Position numbers and translations under genes: made by a program | Source of the DNA: an uncultured Bacilli bacterium | Lineage (GTDB): Bacteria > Bacillota_I > Bacilli_A > RFN20 > CAG-288 | Length of the DNA stretch: 64,000 nt | Direction of reading: 5' to 3' | NCBI GenBank assembly: GCA_934725685.1 | Contig: CAKVBX010000002.1 | Location: 19,581 to 83,580, forward strand | Notes under the pieces: generated by a model | The model's database searches: none | Seen by the model: the letters and a program-made list of their open reading frames with translations, nothing else | Told to the model about the DNA's origin: nothing | Shown: positions 18,559-26,696 of the stretch, piece by piece | Layout of the letters: every line of letters starts with the position of its first letter | How positions within the stretch are numbered: position 1 is the stretch's first letter

Positions 18559-18623
18559 CTGAGTTTTACACTTTACCCATAGAAAATGGCGTAAAGTGAG
18601 CGTAAAGTCCAAAGGACAGGAAC

Positions 18624-18653
18624 CAAAAAAGGAAGCGCCCCTCAGTCGCTTCC
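18624..18653 (-). terminator. Terminator of the transposase gene (stop codon sits in the loop)
   Basis: Minus strand GGAAGCG-ACTGAGGGG-CGCTTCC followed by TTTTTTGG. Confidence 0.7.
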
Positions 18654-20543
18654 TTTTTTGACTTTTGTCTCTTCTTTCTTTGGGCCCGCATCCACTCCGA
18701 AGATCCTGTTGAGCTTGGACTCCCGGTATCCTTTCCTGTCGAGCGTCAGACGGAAGACCTTCTCCAATGCAGTCAGCGTCCTCGATCCCGTGTATGCCGA
18801 CTTGCAGTAGCCCGGCGTAAGTTCGACGACCCTCATGTTCCGCATCGTCCCGATGATTTCTCTTGCTGTAAGGGATGGGCCGTCTCCGCGCTCCCTGTTC
18901 AGAAGCACCTCCATTATCCGGTAGATGGTCAAAGCCGCATAGCAGATTGCGAAATGCGCCTTCAGATGATCCGGAGTGGAAAGGTAGGCGGGCCTCGACT
19001 CGAATTTCGTCTTCATGATTCGGAAGGACTGCTCTATCTTCCATCTCCCCGCGTTGATTTCCAGGATTTCATTCGTGGTCTTGTCGAGCGAAGTGGCAAC
19101 ACCGTAGAACCCGTGGAACGACTTCTCCTCTTCCGCCACCGAGTCGTTGACGACGACTTCTATCTCGTCGGCGCTCTCGCCGTTTTCCGTGCACGCCCGT
19201 ATCTTGAGGAACCTTGCGGCGTCGTTCGGTCCCCGCTTCTTTATGGCCTTGTTCCTTTCGGCCAGCTCCTTTGCGGCTTCAAGCTGTCTTTCGAATATGT
19301 TCCTCTGGTAAATGTAGTATTTTGCAGAGAAGGTGACATGTACCGTCTCCTCCATCTTCAGCTTGCCGTCCATCTTGGGGGCGAAGCTCTTCACGCTGAC
19401 GGAATGCGTCATCGGAAAGGTCTTGCATATGATGTCATGGGCCAGCATCGCTTCCTCCTCGCCGGTCAGCGCCAGTCCGGCCCTCTTCTTCTCGGCAGCC
19501 GCCCTGAACGATTCCAGCGAAGCCGGGGCTCCGCTGTCGAGGAATGTCCAGTTCATGTCCTTCATCATCAGCCCCAGTTCCTTTCCCTCGAGCTTCTTCA
19601 GTGACTGGGTCACTATGTAGTCCCTGCCTCCGATGGCGTTGAAGGCACGGTTCTCGTATGAGCCCAGGCCGCCGTCGGAGCAGTAGATGAACTTGGATGT
19701 CCGGTAGTCGGAGAGCATCCTCTTCTCCAACGGGATGACAGTCGTCTGCTCGCTTTTCGACCCGCTTTCGATGCAGTAGGAAATCGGAATGCCGTTCCTG
19801 TCCGTGAAAAGTCCCATCTCCACGATCGGGTTCGGTCTGTGTTCTTTGCTCGGGCCGTATCTGCGGAACCCCCACTGGAGTATGTCGCCGTCATCGTCGT
19901 ACTCGTTGTCATCCTGTGTCTCCGTCTCGAAATAGAAGTTCGTGCAGTCGTAGTAAAGCACATCCGTATCGAGTCCGACGGTCCTCTTCGCTCCCTGGAA
20001 GAGGACAGCCTGAAGTTCCTCCGAATTCCTGGACAGGAGGGTGAGGAAGCGGTAGATGTCATGGAGCCCGAAGCTCTTCCCGCCGTAGAACCTTCCCTTG
20101 GCCTCATAGTCCGACTTCTTCGATCCCGGATTGAGCATCCTGCAGACCACGCAGTGCCTGAATATGGCGTCGGCGTCATATTTCGCCTTGGTCTCCAGCC
20201 CCTCTGCGAACTTTCCAAGCCCAAGCCTTTCATAGAGGGCTGATATGTATGCGTATCCTATGTTGCTTGAAGTGTCCTCGGACATGCTGCCCTCTTCCTT
20301 CAGGGGTTCGCCCATGTCCAGGGTGAGGGAGAGTTCCGCGACATCCCGGGCATTCTTCTCGTTGAGCTTGCGGATTTCCTCGAGGACGTAGGCCTCGGGA
20401 TCTTCTATGCCCTCCGCCCTCAATTTCGCGTCGGATCCGAAAGAACGGACCGTCCGTGTGGTTTTCCTTCCGTCGGCCGTGACGTAGGATTCGATTGCGG
20501 AATATGATGTCACATTCTTGGAAACGGTCTTGGAAAGTCTCAT
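18642..20543 (-). CDS. IS1634-family-like DDE transposase (633 aa)
   Basis: N-terminus MRLSKTVSKNVTSYSAIESYVTADGRKTTRTVRSFG matches the typical IS1634-family pattern. DDE context LYYDCTNFYFE / IYCSDGGLGSYENR / GRWKIEQSFRIMKTKFESRPAYL, with R(3)E(6)K. GAGGAGG RBS at 20553-20559. Confidence 0.8.
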   Translation of the reverse strand: MRLSKTVSKNVTSYSAIESYVTADGRKTTRTVRSFGSDAKLRAEGIEDPEAYVLEEIRKLNEKNARDVAELSLTLDMGEPLKEEGSMSEDTSSNIGYAYISALYERLGLGKFAEGLETKAKYDADAIFRHCVVCRMLNPGSKKSDYEAKGRFYGGKSFGLHDIYRFLTLLSRNSEELQAVLFQGAKRTVGLDTDVLYYDCTNFYFETETQDDNEYDDDGDILQWGFRRYGPSKEHRPNPIVEMGLFTDRNGIPISYCIESGSKSEQTTVIPLEKRMLSDYRTSKFIYCSDGGLGSYENRAFNAIGGRDYIVTQSLKKLEGKELGLMMKDMNWTFLDSGAPASLESFRAAAEKKRAGLALTGEEEAMLAHDIICKTFPMTHSVSVKSFAPKMDGKLKMEETVHVTFSAKYYIYQRNIFERQLEAAKELAERNKAIKKRGPNDAARFLKIRACTENGESADEIEVVVNDSVAEEEKSFHGFYGVATSLDKTTNEILEINAGRWKIEQSFRIMKTKFESRPAYLSTPDHLKAHFAICYAALTIYRIMEVLLNRERGDGPSLTAREIIGTMRNMRVVELTPGYCKSAYTGSRTLTALEKVFRLTLDRKGYRESKLNRIFGVDAGPKKEETKVKKGSD

Positions 20544-20574
20544 TTTTTCGTGCCTCCTCAGGTCATGTGAACCT

Positions 20575-20583
20575 ATTATATCA
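20575..20583 (-). promoter_or_regulatory. Extended -10 element (TGATATAAT) of the transposase promoter
   Basis: Minus strand GTAAAGTGATATAAT lies about 30 nt upstream of the transposase ATG. No clear -35. Confidence 0.5.
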
Positions 20584-20630
20584 CTTTACCCCGCTTTACG
20601 CTAGTAAAATAAAGCAAGAAAAATTAGTCG

Positions 20631-20659
20631 AAAAAAATCTTATATACAAAGTATATAAG
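20631..20659 (-). terminator. Terminator-like hairpin just inside the IS right end, upstream of the transposase promoter
   Basis: Minus strand CTTATATAC-TTT-GTATATAAG followed by ATTTTTTT. Confidence 0.55.
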
Positions 20660-20716
20660 ACCATGACTTTACTCCGATTTTTACCCTATTTGTCAAGACT
20701 CAACTGTAAAACTCCC

Positions 20717-20862
20717 GGGTAGTTGTTCGTCGGTAATCTCTTTGGCCTGATAGAAGTTTCTGATTTCTTCCGCCTTGGCTCTGTCAGTTTTGATTTTAGC
20801 GTAATACATAAGATAAGTATAGCAAACTGGCGACACGGGAGTCCTCTCTTTGTGGTAAAATC
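20717..20862. repeat. Right copy of the 146-bp target-site duplication
   Basis: Identical to 18413-18558. Carries a truncated rnhC 5' fragment (31 codons from the ATG equivalent at 20809) that runs into the IS end and stops after 7 more codons. Confidence 0.95.
20853..20861 (+). promoter_or_regulatory. Extended -10 element (TGGTAAAAT) 7 nt upstream of the mutS2 ATG
   Basis: TGGTAAAAT-CTTGCGT-ATG with no purine-rich SD before the ATG. Confidence 0.45.
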
Positions 20863-20868
20863 TTGCGT

Positions 20869-23214
20869 ATGAAAGACAATATTCTCGATAACGAAATCAA
20901 CCAGGTCATCCAACAGCTGAAATCCTATTTTTCCTTGGATGGACTCAAAAATTCCTTTAATTATGAGGACTATGCCGCAAAAGATGCCGTTGAACTCGAG
21001 ACTTCCCACGAATATCTCGAGGAATTCTCCCGCTTCCTTTCTCAGGGGCACCAAATTACGATTCCTTCCCTCCTGGATATGGACCCTCTTTTTGCTTCGC
21101 TCGATAAAGGTTCGGTTCTTTCCGCCCCGGAGCTTTACAATATCGGTGACCTTTTGAGTGCGAGCCAGTATCTTTATGACATGTTTTACGATCACAAGGA
21201 GTTCTATCATCTCAACGATGATGCCCTCGATCTTAATCCGCTTATCGCACTCAAACGAGACCTCGTCACTTCCATCGAACAGGATATGACGGTTTCCGAC
21301 AATGCCTCTTCGAAACTGAAAGAGGTGAGAGGAGAACTGCGGAGTGTCGAACGTTCTCTGACCAACATTATGAACACGTACCGCAATCGGTACTCTCAGT
21401 ATCTTTCCACCGATGTGGTTTCATTCAAAGGCGGACAGGAAGCTCTGCCAATCAAACTCTCCTGCAAAGGTTCGGTAAAAGGAGCTGTCGTTTCCTATTC
21501 CGCAACCGGGGAGACCGTCTTCATGGTTCCCTATGAAGTCATTGACTTACGAAACCATCTGAGCTCCCTCAAACAGGAAGAAGCAACGGAAGTCATGAAA
21601 GTCCTGACGGACCTTTCCCTCAAGTGTGCTAAGCAGCTCTCCTATCTGAAGAAGGATTATTCCATTCTTCTCACATTCGATCGGTATCTTGGCAGTGTCC
21701 GTTACGGAAATTCCTTCAATGGAACCATTGCGGAACTCTCCGAGAAGAACCTGGCTCTCGATGCCTTTTTCCATCCTTTGCTGAAGGCACAGAAGATTAT
21801 CGTCAACTCTCTTGAACTCGGTGGAAGTGAACCACTTGCCTTACTCATCACCGGTCCGAATGCGGGAGGTAAATCCATTCTCATCAAAGCGGTCGCTCTT
21901 TCGGTCTGCATGGATAAACTCGGTCTCATGGTTCCTTCCCACAAGGAAGCGAAGATTCCCTTCGTCGACCATGTCTTCTTCCTCGGCGGCGATAATCAGT
22001 CCGTCATGGACAATCTTTCCACGTTCTCCTCTCACCTTCTCGGAATCAAGGAAATCACGGAAGAAGCCACTGAGAAATCACTCGTCATCATTGATGAAGT
22101 CGGAGAAGGTACCTCTCCGAAGGATGGCGAAGCTATCGGTGTTGCCATTCTAAAATATTTCGAAAGAGTCGGATGCCTTACTCTGCTTACATCCCATTTT
22201 GACGGCATGAAAATATACGCTGCGGATGATAAGCTTGCACTCACTGGAGCGATGGAGTTCGATAACAATACCCTCAAGCCAACATACCGCCTTCTTCTCC
22301 ATACCACAGGAAAATCCTACGGTATCCTTTTGGCCCGCCAGATGGGTCTTAAAGAGGAAATTCTTCAGGATGCCATCGCCTTCGAAAAGGAACGGAGCAA
22401 CCGCGATACGGACAGCCTGATGGAGAAACTTACCGAACAGGTCTCCATTAATCAGAAGAAAGAACGCGAGCTCGAGAACAGGAAGAAAGATCTCGATAAG
22501 CTTCTCGAAAAGAGACAGAAGGCCATTGATGCACTCAACGAAGAGAAAAATCAGATCAAGATGAAGGCGGAAAGTAAAATCGAACGCCTTGTCGATCAGC
22601 GTATTCAGGAAATCAACAAAATCTGGGAAAGTAAACAGGGGAAAGGCGACCTTTCCTATTCTCAGATTTCCCAGGCCAAGGGAGAACTGAAGCGAATCAA
22701 AGAGGAAAAGGAACCTTCTCTTGCCATCAATACCAAGCAGATTGTCCTTGCGGACCTCAAGGTCGGAGAGAAGGTCGAAGATGAAGACGGAAGAACCGGT
22801 GTCGTACTCGAGGTGAAGAAGAATGAAGTCATCCTCGATATGGACGGACTCCGCATACGCAGAAATCTTGCCGGTCTGAAACGTGCTCCGCTGACTGCCA
22901 AGGATGTCAAAGTTAAAAAGACCGTCTATGCTCCAATCGACAGCGCCATTCTCAATCTCGGCCCCTCCCAGGGAATTGAAGTCAATTTGATTGGCCTCCA
23001 TGTCGATGAGGCGATGAGAAAAGTCGTCTCGTTCCTTGATTCGGCCAGAATCCATCATTTCACCACGGTGAGAATCATCCACGGTGCCGGTACTTTCGCT
23101 CTGAAGAATGCTGTGTGGAAATACTTAGCCAATCATAAAGAATTCATCAAGGAATACCGCCTCGGCGGAGAAGGAGAAGGAGGACTCGGTGCCACCGTTG
23201 TCTATCTGAAATGA
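20869..23214 (+). CDS. mutS2: Endonuclease MutS2 (MutS domain plus C-terminal Smr domain)
   Basis: Walker A ITGPNAGGKS, DEVGEGTSPKDG, long coiled coil, Smr domain LIGLHVDEAMRKV...VRIIHGAGTFALKNAV. Start taken at ATG 20869 rather than TTG 20863. Confidence 0.9.
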   Translation: MKDNILDNEINQVIQQLKSYFSLDGLKNSFNYEDYAAKDAVELETSHEYLEEFSRFLSQGHQITIPSLLDMDPLFASLDKGSVLSAPELYNIGDLLSASQYLYDMFYDHKEFYHLNDDALDLNPLIALKRDLVTSIEQDMTVSDNASSKLKEVRGELRSVERSLTNIMNTYRNRYSQYLSTDVVSFKGGQEALPIKLSCKGSVKGAVVSYSATGETVFMVPYEVIDLRNHLSSLKQEEATEVMKVLTDLSLKCAKQLSYLKKDYSILLTFDRYLGSVRYGNSFNGTIAELSEKNLALDAFFHPLLKAQKIIVNSLELGGSEPLALLITGPNAGGKSILIKAVALSVCMDKLGLMVPSHKEAKIPFVDHVFFLGGDNQSVMDNLSTFSSHLLGIKEITEEATEKSLVIIDEVGEGTSPKDGEAIGVAILKYFERVGCLTLLTSHFDGMKIYAADDKLALTGAMEFDNNTLKPTYRLLLHTTGKSYGILLARQMGLKEEILQDAIAFEKERSNRDTDSLMEKLTEQVSINQKKERELENRKKDLDKLLEKRQKAIDALNEEKNQIKMKAESKIERLVDQRIQEINKIWESKQGKGDLSYSQISQAKGELKRIKEEKEPSLAINTKQIVLADLKVGEKVEDEDGRTGVVLEVKKNEVILDMDGLRIRRNLAGLKRAPLTAKDVKVKKTVYAPIDSAILNLGPSQGIEVNLIGLHVDEAMRKVVSFLDSARIHHFTTVRIIHGAGTFALKNAVWKYLANHKEFIKEYRLGGEGEGGLGATVVYLK

Positions 23215-25016
23215 GTTATCTCGATTATCCTGTTCTGAAACAGAAAATCTCTCTTTTACCCGATAAGCCTGGTTCCTACCAGATGAAAGATGGGCATGGA
23301 ACCATCATCTATGTCGGGAAAGCCAAATCGCTTCTGAAACGTGTGAAGCAATATTTTACGCGTCCACAACTCGGTAAAGTGGCGAGAATGGTAGAGGAAA
23401 TCCGGGACTTCGACATCATTGAAACCAATTCTGAAAAAGAGGCTTTGCTTCTTGAAATCTCACTGATTCATAAATACTATCCGAAATATAACATCATGCT
23501 GATGGACGGGAAGATGTATCCGTTCATTGCCCTCAAGAAAAAAGAGGATCCCTACTTGAAAATCACCCGCTCCGACAAGGAGAAAGGATATTATTATTTC
23601 GGCCCTTTTCCCAACTCTTCTCAGGCCTATAAGATGATCGATCTTCTCAATAAGATCTACCCGCTCAGAAAGTGCAGGAACATTCCTTCTAAGCCCTGTC
23701 TCTATTATCACATGGGACAGTGCCTCGCTCCCTGTATCCACAAGATTGAACAGAAGGAGTATCAGGATATGGTCAGTTCCATCACGGCATTCCTCAACGG
23801 AGATACCAGTGCCGTCCTATCCGAGCTGAAGGAGAAGATGAATTCCTATGCGGAAAAGATGGAATATGAACGGGCGGGAGAATATAAGAAACTCATCGAT
23901 ACCGTCAAAGGAATCACCTCCTCCCAGAAAATCATCTTTCAGGACCATGTCTCCCGGGACATTGTCGGTTATTCCGTGAGAGAGGGATATCTCTGCGTCG
24001 TTTTCCTTCTCTATCGAAAAGGAGTGCTTTTAGGCAAGAACTATTACGTCGAGGAACTTGAGGATGAAATCGATGATTTCCTCGAGAATATCATCCTTCA
24101 GTTTTACGAAAAGCATCAGGACCATCCGAAGGAACTCATCGTTCCGAGCGAGACTATCGCTCCTGTCCTAGAGGAGTCTCTCGGCTTCCGTGTCCTATCC
24201 CCGAGTAAGGGTAAGAAACACGATCTGATTGCTTTGGCCTTGGAGAACTCCAAGCAGATGCTCGACCAGCACTTCCAGACGGCGAGACTCGAAGACGATG
24301 TCCTGTCCCTTCTTGAGGAACTTAAGGAAAAACTCGGTCTCGAGAAGACACCGCTCGATATTGAACTCTACGATAACTCCCATATCCAGGGATATGATCC
24401 TGTCGGGGCCATGGTGAAATACATCAATGGAGAAAAGGCACCGAATCAGTATCGGAAATACAAAATCACCCAACCTAATCCGCAGGACGATCTCGCTTCC
24501 ATGCGGGAAGTCCTCACCCGCCGTTTCATCAGGCTGAAGGAAGAGAACGCCAAGCTTCCGGACCTCATCATTCTCGATGGCGGCTTCACCCAGTGTGAGG
24601 TCGGGCTGGAGGTCAAGCAGGAAATCGGTCTCGATATTCCGTTGGCCGGACTTCAGAAGAACGATAAGCATGAGACGGATTCCCTCATCAATGCGGACAC
24701 CGGAGAAGTGATTCCCTTAGCGCGCAATACACCGCTATTTTTCCTTCTGATGCGGATGCAGGACGAAATCCATCGCTTCGCCATCACCTATCACCGCGGC
24801 AAACGTGCCAAGTCCGTCTTTCGCACCATCTATGACGATATCTCTGGTATCGGAGAAAAGCGGAAGAAGAAGCTCCTCGAGCTTTATCCGACTTATGAAT
24901 CCCTGCAGGGGGTCTCGAAGGAAGAACTGATGCAGATTGTTCCCGAAAGCAGTGCCGAAAGCATCTTGAAGAAACGGGATGAATATCAGCTCACATCCGA
25001 GACAATGAAGAAATAG
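23211..25016 (+). CDS. uvrC: Excinuclease ABC subunit C
   Basis: GIY-YIG N-terminus PGSYQMKD..GTIIYVGKAKSLLKRVKQYF, UvrBC-interaction and endonuclease V-like regions, C-terminal HhH (ISGIGEKRKKKLLE). ATGA overlap with mutS2. Confidence 0.95.
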   Translation: MSYLDYPVLKQKISLLPDKPGSYQMKDGHGTIIYVGKAKSLLKRVKQYFTRPQLGKVARMVEEIRDFDIIETNSEKEALLLEISLIHKYYPKYNIMLMDGKMYPFIALKKKEDPYLKITRSDKEKGYYYFGPFPNSSQAYKMIDLLNKIYPLRKCRNIPSKPCLYYHMGQCLAPCIHKIEQKEYQDMVSSITAFLNGDTSAVLSELKEKMNSYAEKMEYERAGEYKKLIDTVKGITSSQKIIFQDHVSRDIVGYSVREGYLCVVFLLYRKGVLLGKNYYVEELEDEIDDFLENIILQFYEKHQDHPKELIVPSETIAPVLEESLGFRVLSPSKGKKHDLIALALENSKQMLDQHFQTARLEDDVLSLLEELKEKLGLEKTPLDIELYDNSHIQGYDPVGAMVKYINGEKAPNQYRKYKITQPNPQDDLASMREVLTRRFIRLKEENAKLPDLIILDGGFTQCEVGLEVKQEIGLDIPLAGLQKNDKHETDSLINADTGEVIPLARNTPLFFLLMRMQDEIHRFAITYHRGKRAKSVFRTIYDDISGIGEKRKKKLLELYPTYESLQGVSKEELMQIVPESSAESILKKRDEYQLTSETMKK

Positions 25017-25026
25017 GAGGTCCATT

Positions 25027-25689
25027 ATGAAGAAACTGACATTGGTCGAACGTATTCCGGCTTTATTATTGCTTGTTCTTGCTATTCTCTTTGTTTTTAT
25101 GGCCATGCCGCCATCTCAGTATCATCTGTTTTCTTCTCTTTATGAGATTATAGAGGGGGATCCTTTTTTCGGTTCGAACTATTATCTGACCATGGGGAGT
25201 CTCTTTACGATTTTCATCGTGCTGTTCCTTTCCGGATTGCTGCTTCTTGTTCTGATTTCTTTCTTCTTCGACAATCTTTTCAGCTATCACACGGTCCACA
25301 AATTCATCTATGTGTTTCTGCTTCCGGAAATGGCTGCTCAGATCGGTGCATTCGTCATGCTGATTCATACGAAAAATACAGCCCATGATTATTTCAGTGT
25401 TTTCAATATTCTATCCCTGGTATTGAACCTATTCATTTTTGTCTCCTATATTGTGACTGAAATCCTATTTGTCCGTAAACCATACCAGAAACTGAAACAG
25501 GAATTCAGTGCCACGCCGGATAGAAAAGAAGAAGTATCCTCGATGTCGGAAGAAAAGGAAAGCAATCCGAAGGAAGATGCCCAAAAGGAAATGCTCCGCA
25601 TGGTGACGACCCTTCTCGATGAGAAGAAGATCACAAAAGAAGAAGCGGACCGAATGATTGAACGAATCTATACGGATAAGGAGGAATGA
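25027..25689 (+). CDS. Membrane protein with a charged C-terminal SHOCT-like tail, function unknown
   Basis: About 4-5 predicted TM helices, then a K/E-rich region ending MLRMVTTLLDEKKITKEEADRMIERIY (SHOCT-like by eye). Confidence 0.45.
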   Translation: MKKLTLVERIPALLLLVLAILFVFMAMPPSQYHLFSSLYEIIEGDPFFGSNYYLTMGSLFTIFIVLFLSGLLLLVLISFFFDNLFSYHTVHKFIYVFLLPEMAAQIGAFVMLIHTKNTAHDYFSVFNILSLVLNLFIFVSYIVTEILFVRKPYQKLKQEFSATPDRKEEVSSMSEEKESNPKEDAQKEMLRMVTTLLDEKKITKEEADRMIERIYTDKEE

Positions 25690-25725
25690 ATTGTTTCCCC
25701 AGGGGAAGACTTCTAAAATTACCCC

Positions 25726-25754
25726 TTGAAAACCAAGAAGCGAAAGACTATAAT
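25726..25754 (+). promoter_or_regulatory. Near-consensus sigma-A promoter for tRNA-Pro
   Basis: TTGAAA - 17 nt - TATAAT, 32 nt upstream of the tRNA 5' end. Confidence 0.75.
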
Positions 25755-25786
25755 TTTAAGGCTTATGGGTAACGCCCGTAGGTGTT

Positions 25787-25863
25787 CGGGACATAGCGCA
25801 GCTTGGTAGCGCACTTCCTTGGGGTGGAAGGGGTCATGAGTTCAAATCTCATTGTTCCGACCA
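25787..25863 (+). tRNA. tRNA-Pro (anticodon GGG), CCA encoded
   Basis: CGGGACA TA GCGC AGCTTGGTA GCGC A CTTCC TTGGGGT GGAAG GGGTC ATGAG TTCAAAT CTCAT TGTTCCG A CCA. Confidence 0.9.
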
Positions 25864-25874
25864 TTATGTTCATG

Positions 25875-25899
25875 AAAGCTCTCTTTGGAGGGCTTTTTT
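25875..25899 (+). terminator. Terminator after tRNA-Pro
   Basis: AAGCTCTC-TTTG-GAGGGCTT (one mismatch) followed by TTTTG. Confidence 0.6.
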
Positions 25900-26192
25900 G
25901 CTTGTCTTTTTTTCGATGGTGGTCGCTGATTTCCTTGGTATGACCATTTCGTTTTAGGAGTGGATGATACCATAAAAAGACGCAATATCTTCTTTTTCGA
26001 AAAGAGGATTGAAAGAAGAATGTTTTGTGATTTCTCTTGCAAGAAAAGGATATTTCTAAGGCAAGAAATGATATACTTTCCGTAGAAAAAAGAAAGAAAG
26101 ATACACTCTTATGGCAAAACGGAAAATTTGAGTTAGCAGGAGATTCGTTGATGAGAAGGAATTTGGAATTACTGTGACGGGGGATAAGTGAC

Positions 26193-26567
26193 ATGACAGT
26201 TAGAATGCTCGAAATCAAACTCCTGGTCATAATTGTCAGCGTTGTCTTAGGAATTGCAGGTCTTATTGCATTCTGCTTTTGGATATACTTCATCTATATG
26301 TGGATGAACAATATTCGTGGTGATCAAGATGTGAAGACAAGGTCTCTCTATGAGATAATGAAAAAATACAATGGAGTCGATGTATTCAAGGAACCCTGTG
26401 ATGCTTCTGGCAACAAAGCGGAATACCGGGCTAAAAATGATGATGAAAAGAGTGGTGTGGTATTCGCCACGCCGGGTCCCCGGAAGAGAAGCTGTCCGAG
26501 GACGAGATTAGACTCATCTGCGAATACAGAAGGCAAAACGAAGAAAAGTAGTGACTGCGGGAACTAG
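26193..26567 (+). CDS. Small single-pass membrane protein, orphan
   Basis: One TM segment IKLLVIIVSVVLGIAGLIAFCFWIYFIYMWM, no recognisable motif. Codon usage looks more A/T-ending than neighbouring genes. Confidence 0.35.
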   Translation: MTVRMLEIKLLVIIVSVVLGIAGLIAFCFWIYFIYMWMNNIRGDQDVKTRSLYEIMKKYNGVDVFKEPCDASGNKAEYRAKNDDEKSGVVFATPGPRKRSCPRTRLDSSANTEGKTKKSSDCGN

Positions 26568-26696
26568 AGGGGTTCACTACAAAAAGGGCGGCTTTCGTTT
26601 TACCTCAGAAAAACAGGGGTGGGGGTCATTTGTTATGTATCCAATTTTCAATGTGTCCTTGACAAAGGGTACATATCATCTGGCAGCCTGTCTGAC

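Larger units (their letters stand above)
18559..20716 (-). mobile_element. IS1634-family-like insertion sequence (IS4-superfamily DDE transposase), about 2.16 kb
   Basis: Bounded by the 146-bp direct repeat. Terminal inverted core GAGTTTTACA at 18562-18571 and, inverted, at 20705-20714. Single transposase ORF. Visibly more GC-rich than the flanks. Confidence 0.8.

Noticed and set aside
18394-19044. ORFs 18394-19044 and 20686-21210 share an identical ~35-aa segment (..ILILCITLKSKLTEPRRKKSETSIRPKRLPTNNYP).
   Set aside because: The identity is simply the 146-bp target duplication read in a non-coding frame. This is not a paralogous gene pair.
18954-20243. Several 130-216-aa ORFs inside the IS on both strands (18954-19604, 19435-19875, 19613-20233, 19839-20243).
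   Set aside because: They overlap the 633-aa transposase ORF, which has clear DDE motifs. Their products are Arg/Pro/Gly-rich, as expected for off-frame translation of GC-rich DNA. There is no evidence for a two-ORF frameshifted transposase.
25763-26293. 176-aa minus-strand ORF overlapping tRNA-Pro.
   Set aside because: It overlaps the tRNA and its promoter, has a low-complexity product and no RBS. It is spurious.
26598-26625. GGGGTCAT...TTGTT resembles part of the tRNA-Pro 3' half and could be an attachment-site repeat delimiting an island.
   Set aside because: The match is only 8 contiguous nt, or 13 with a large gap, which is well within chance. No integrase is present.
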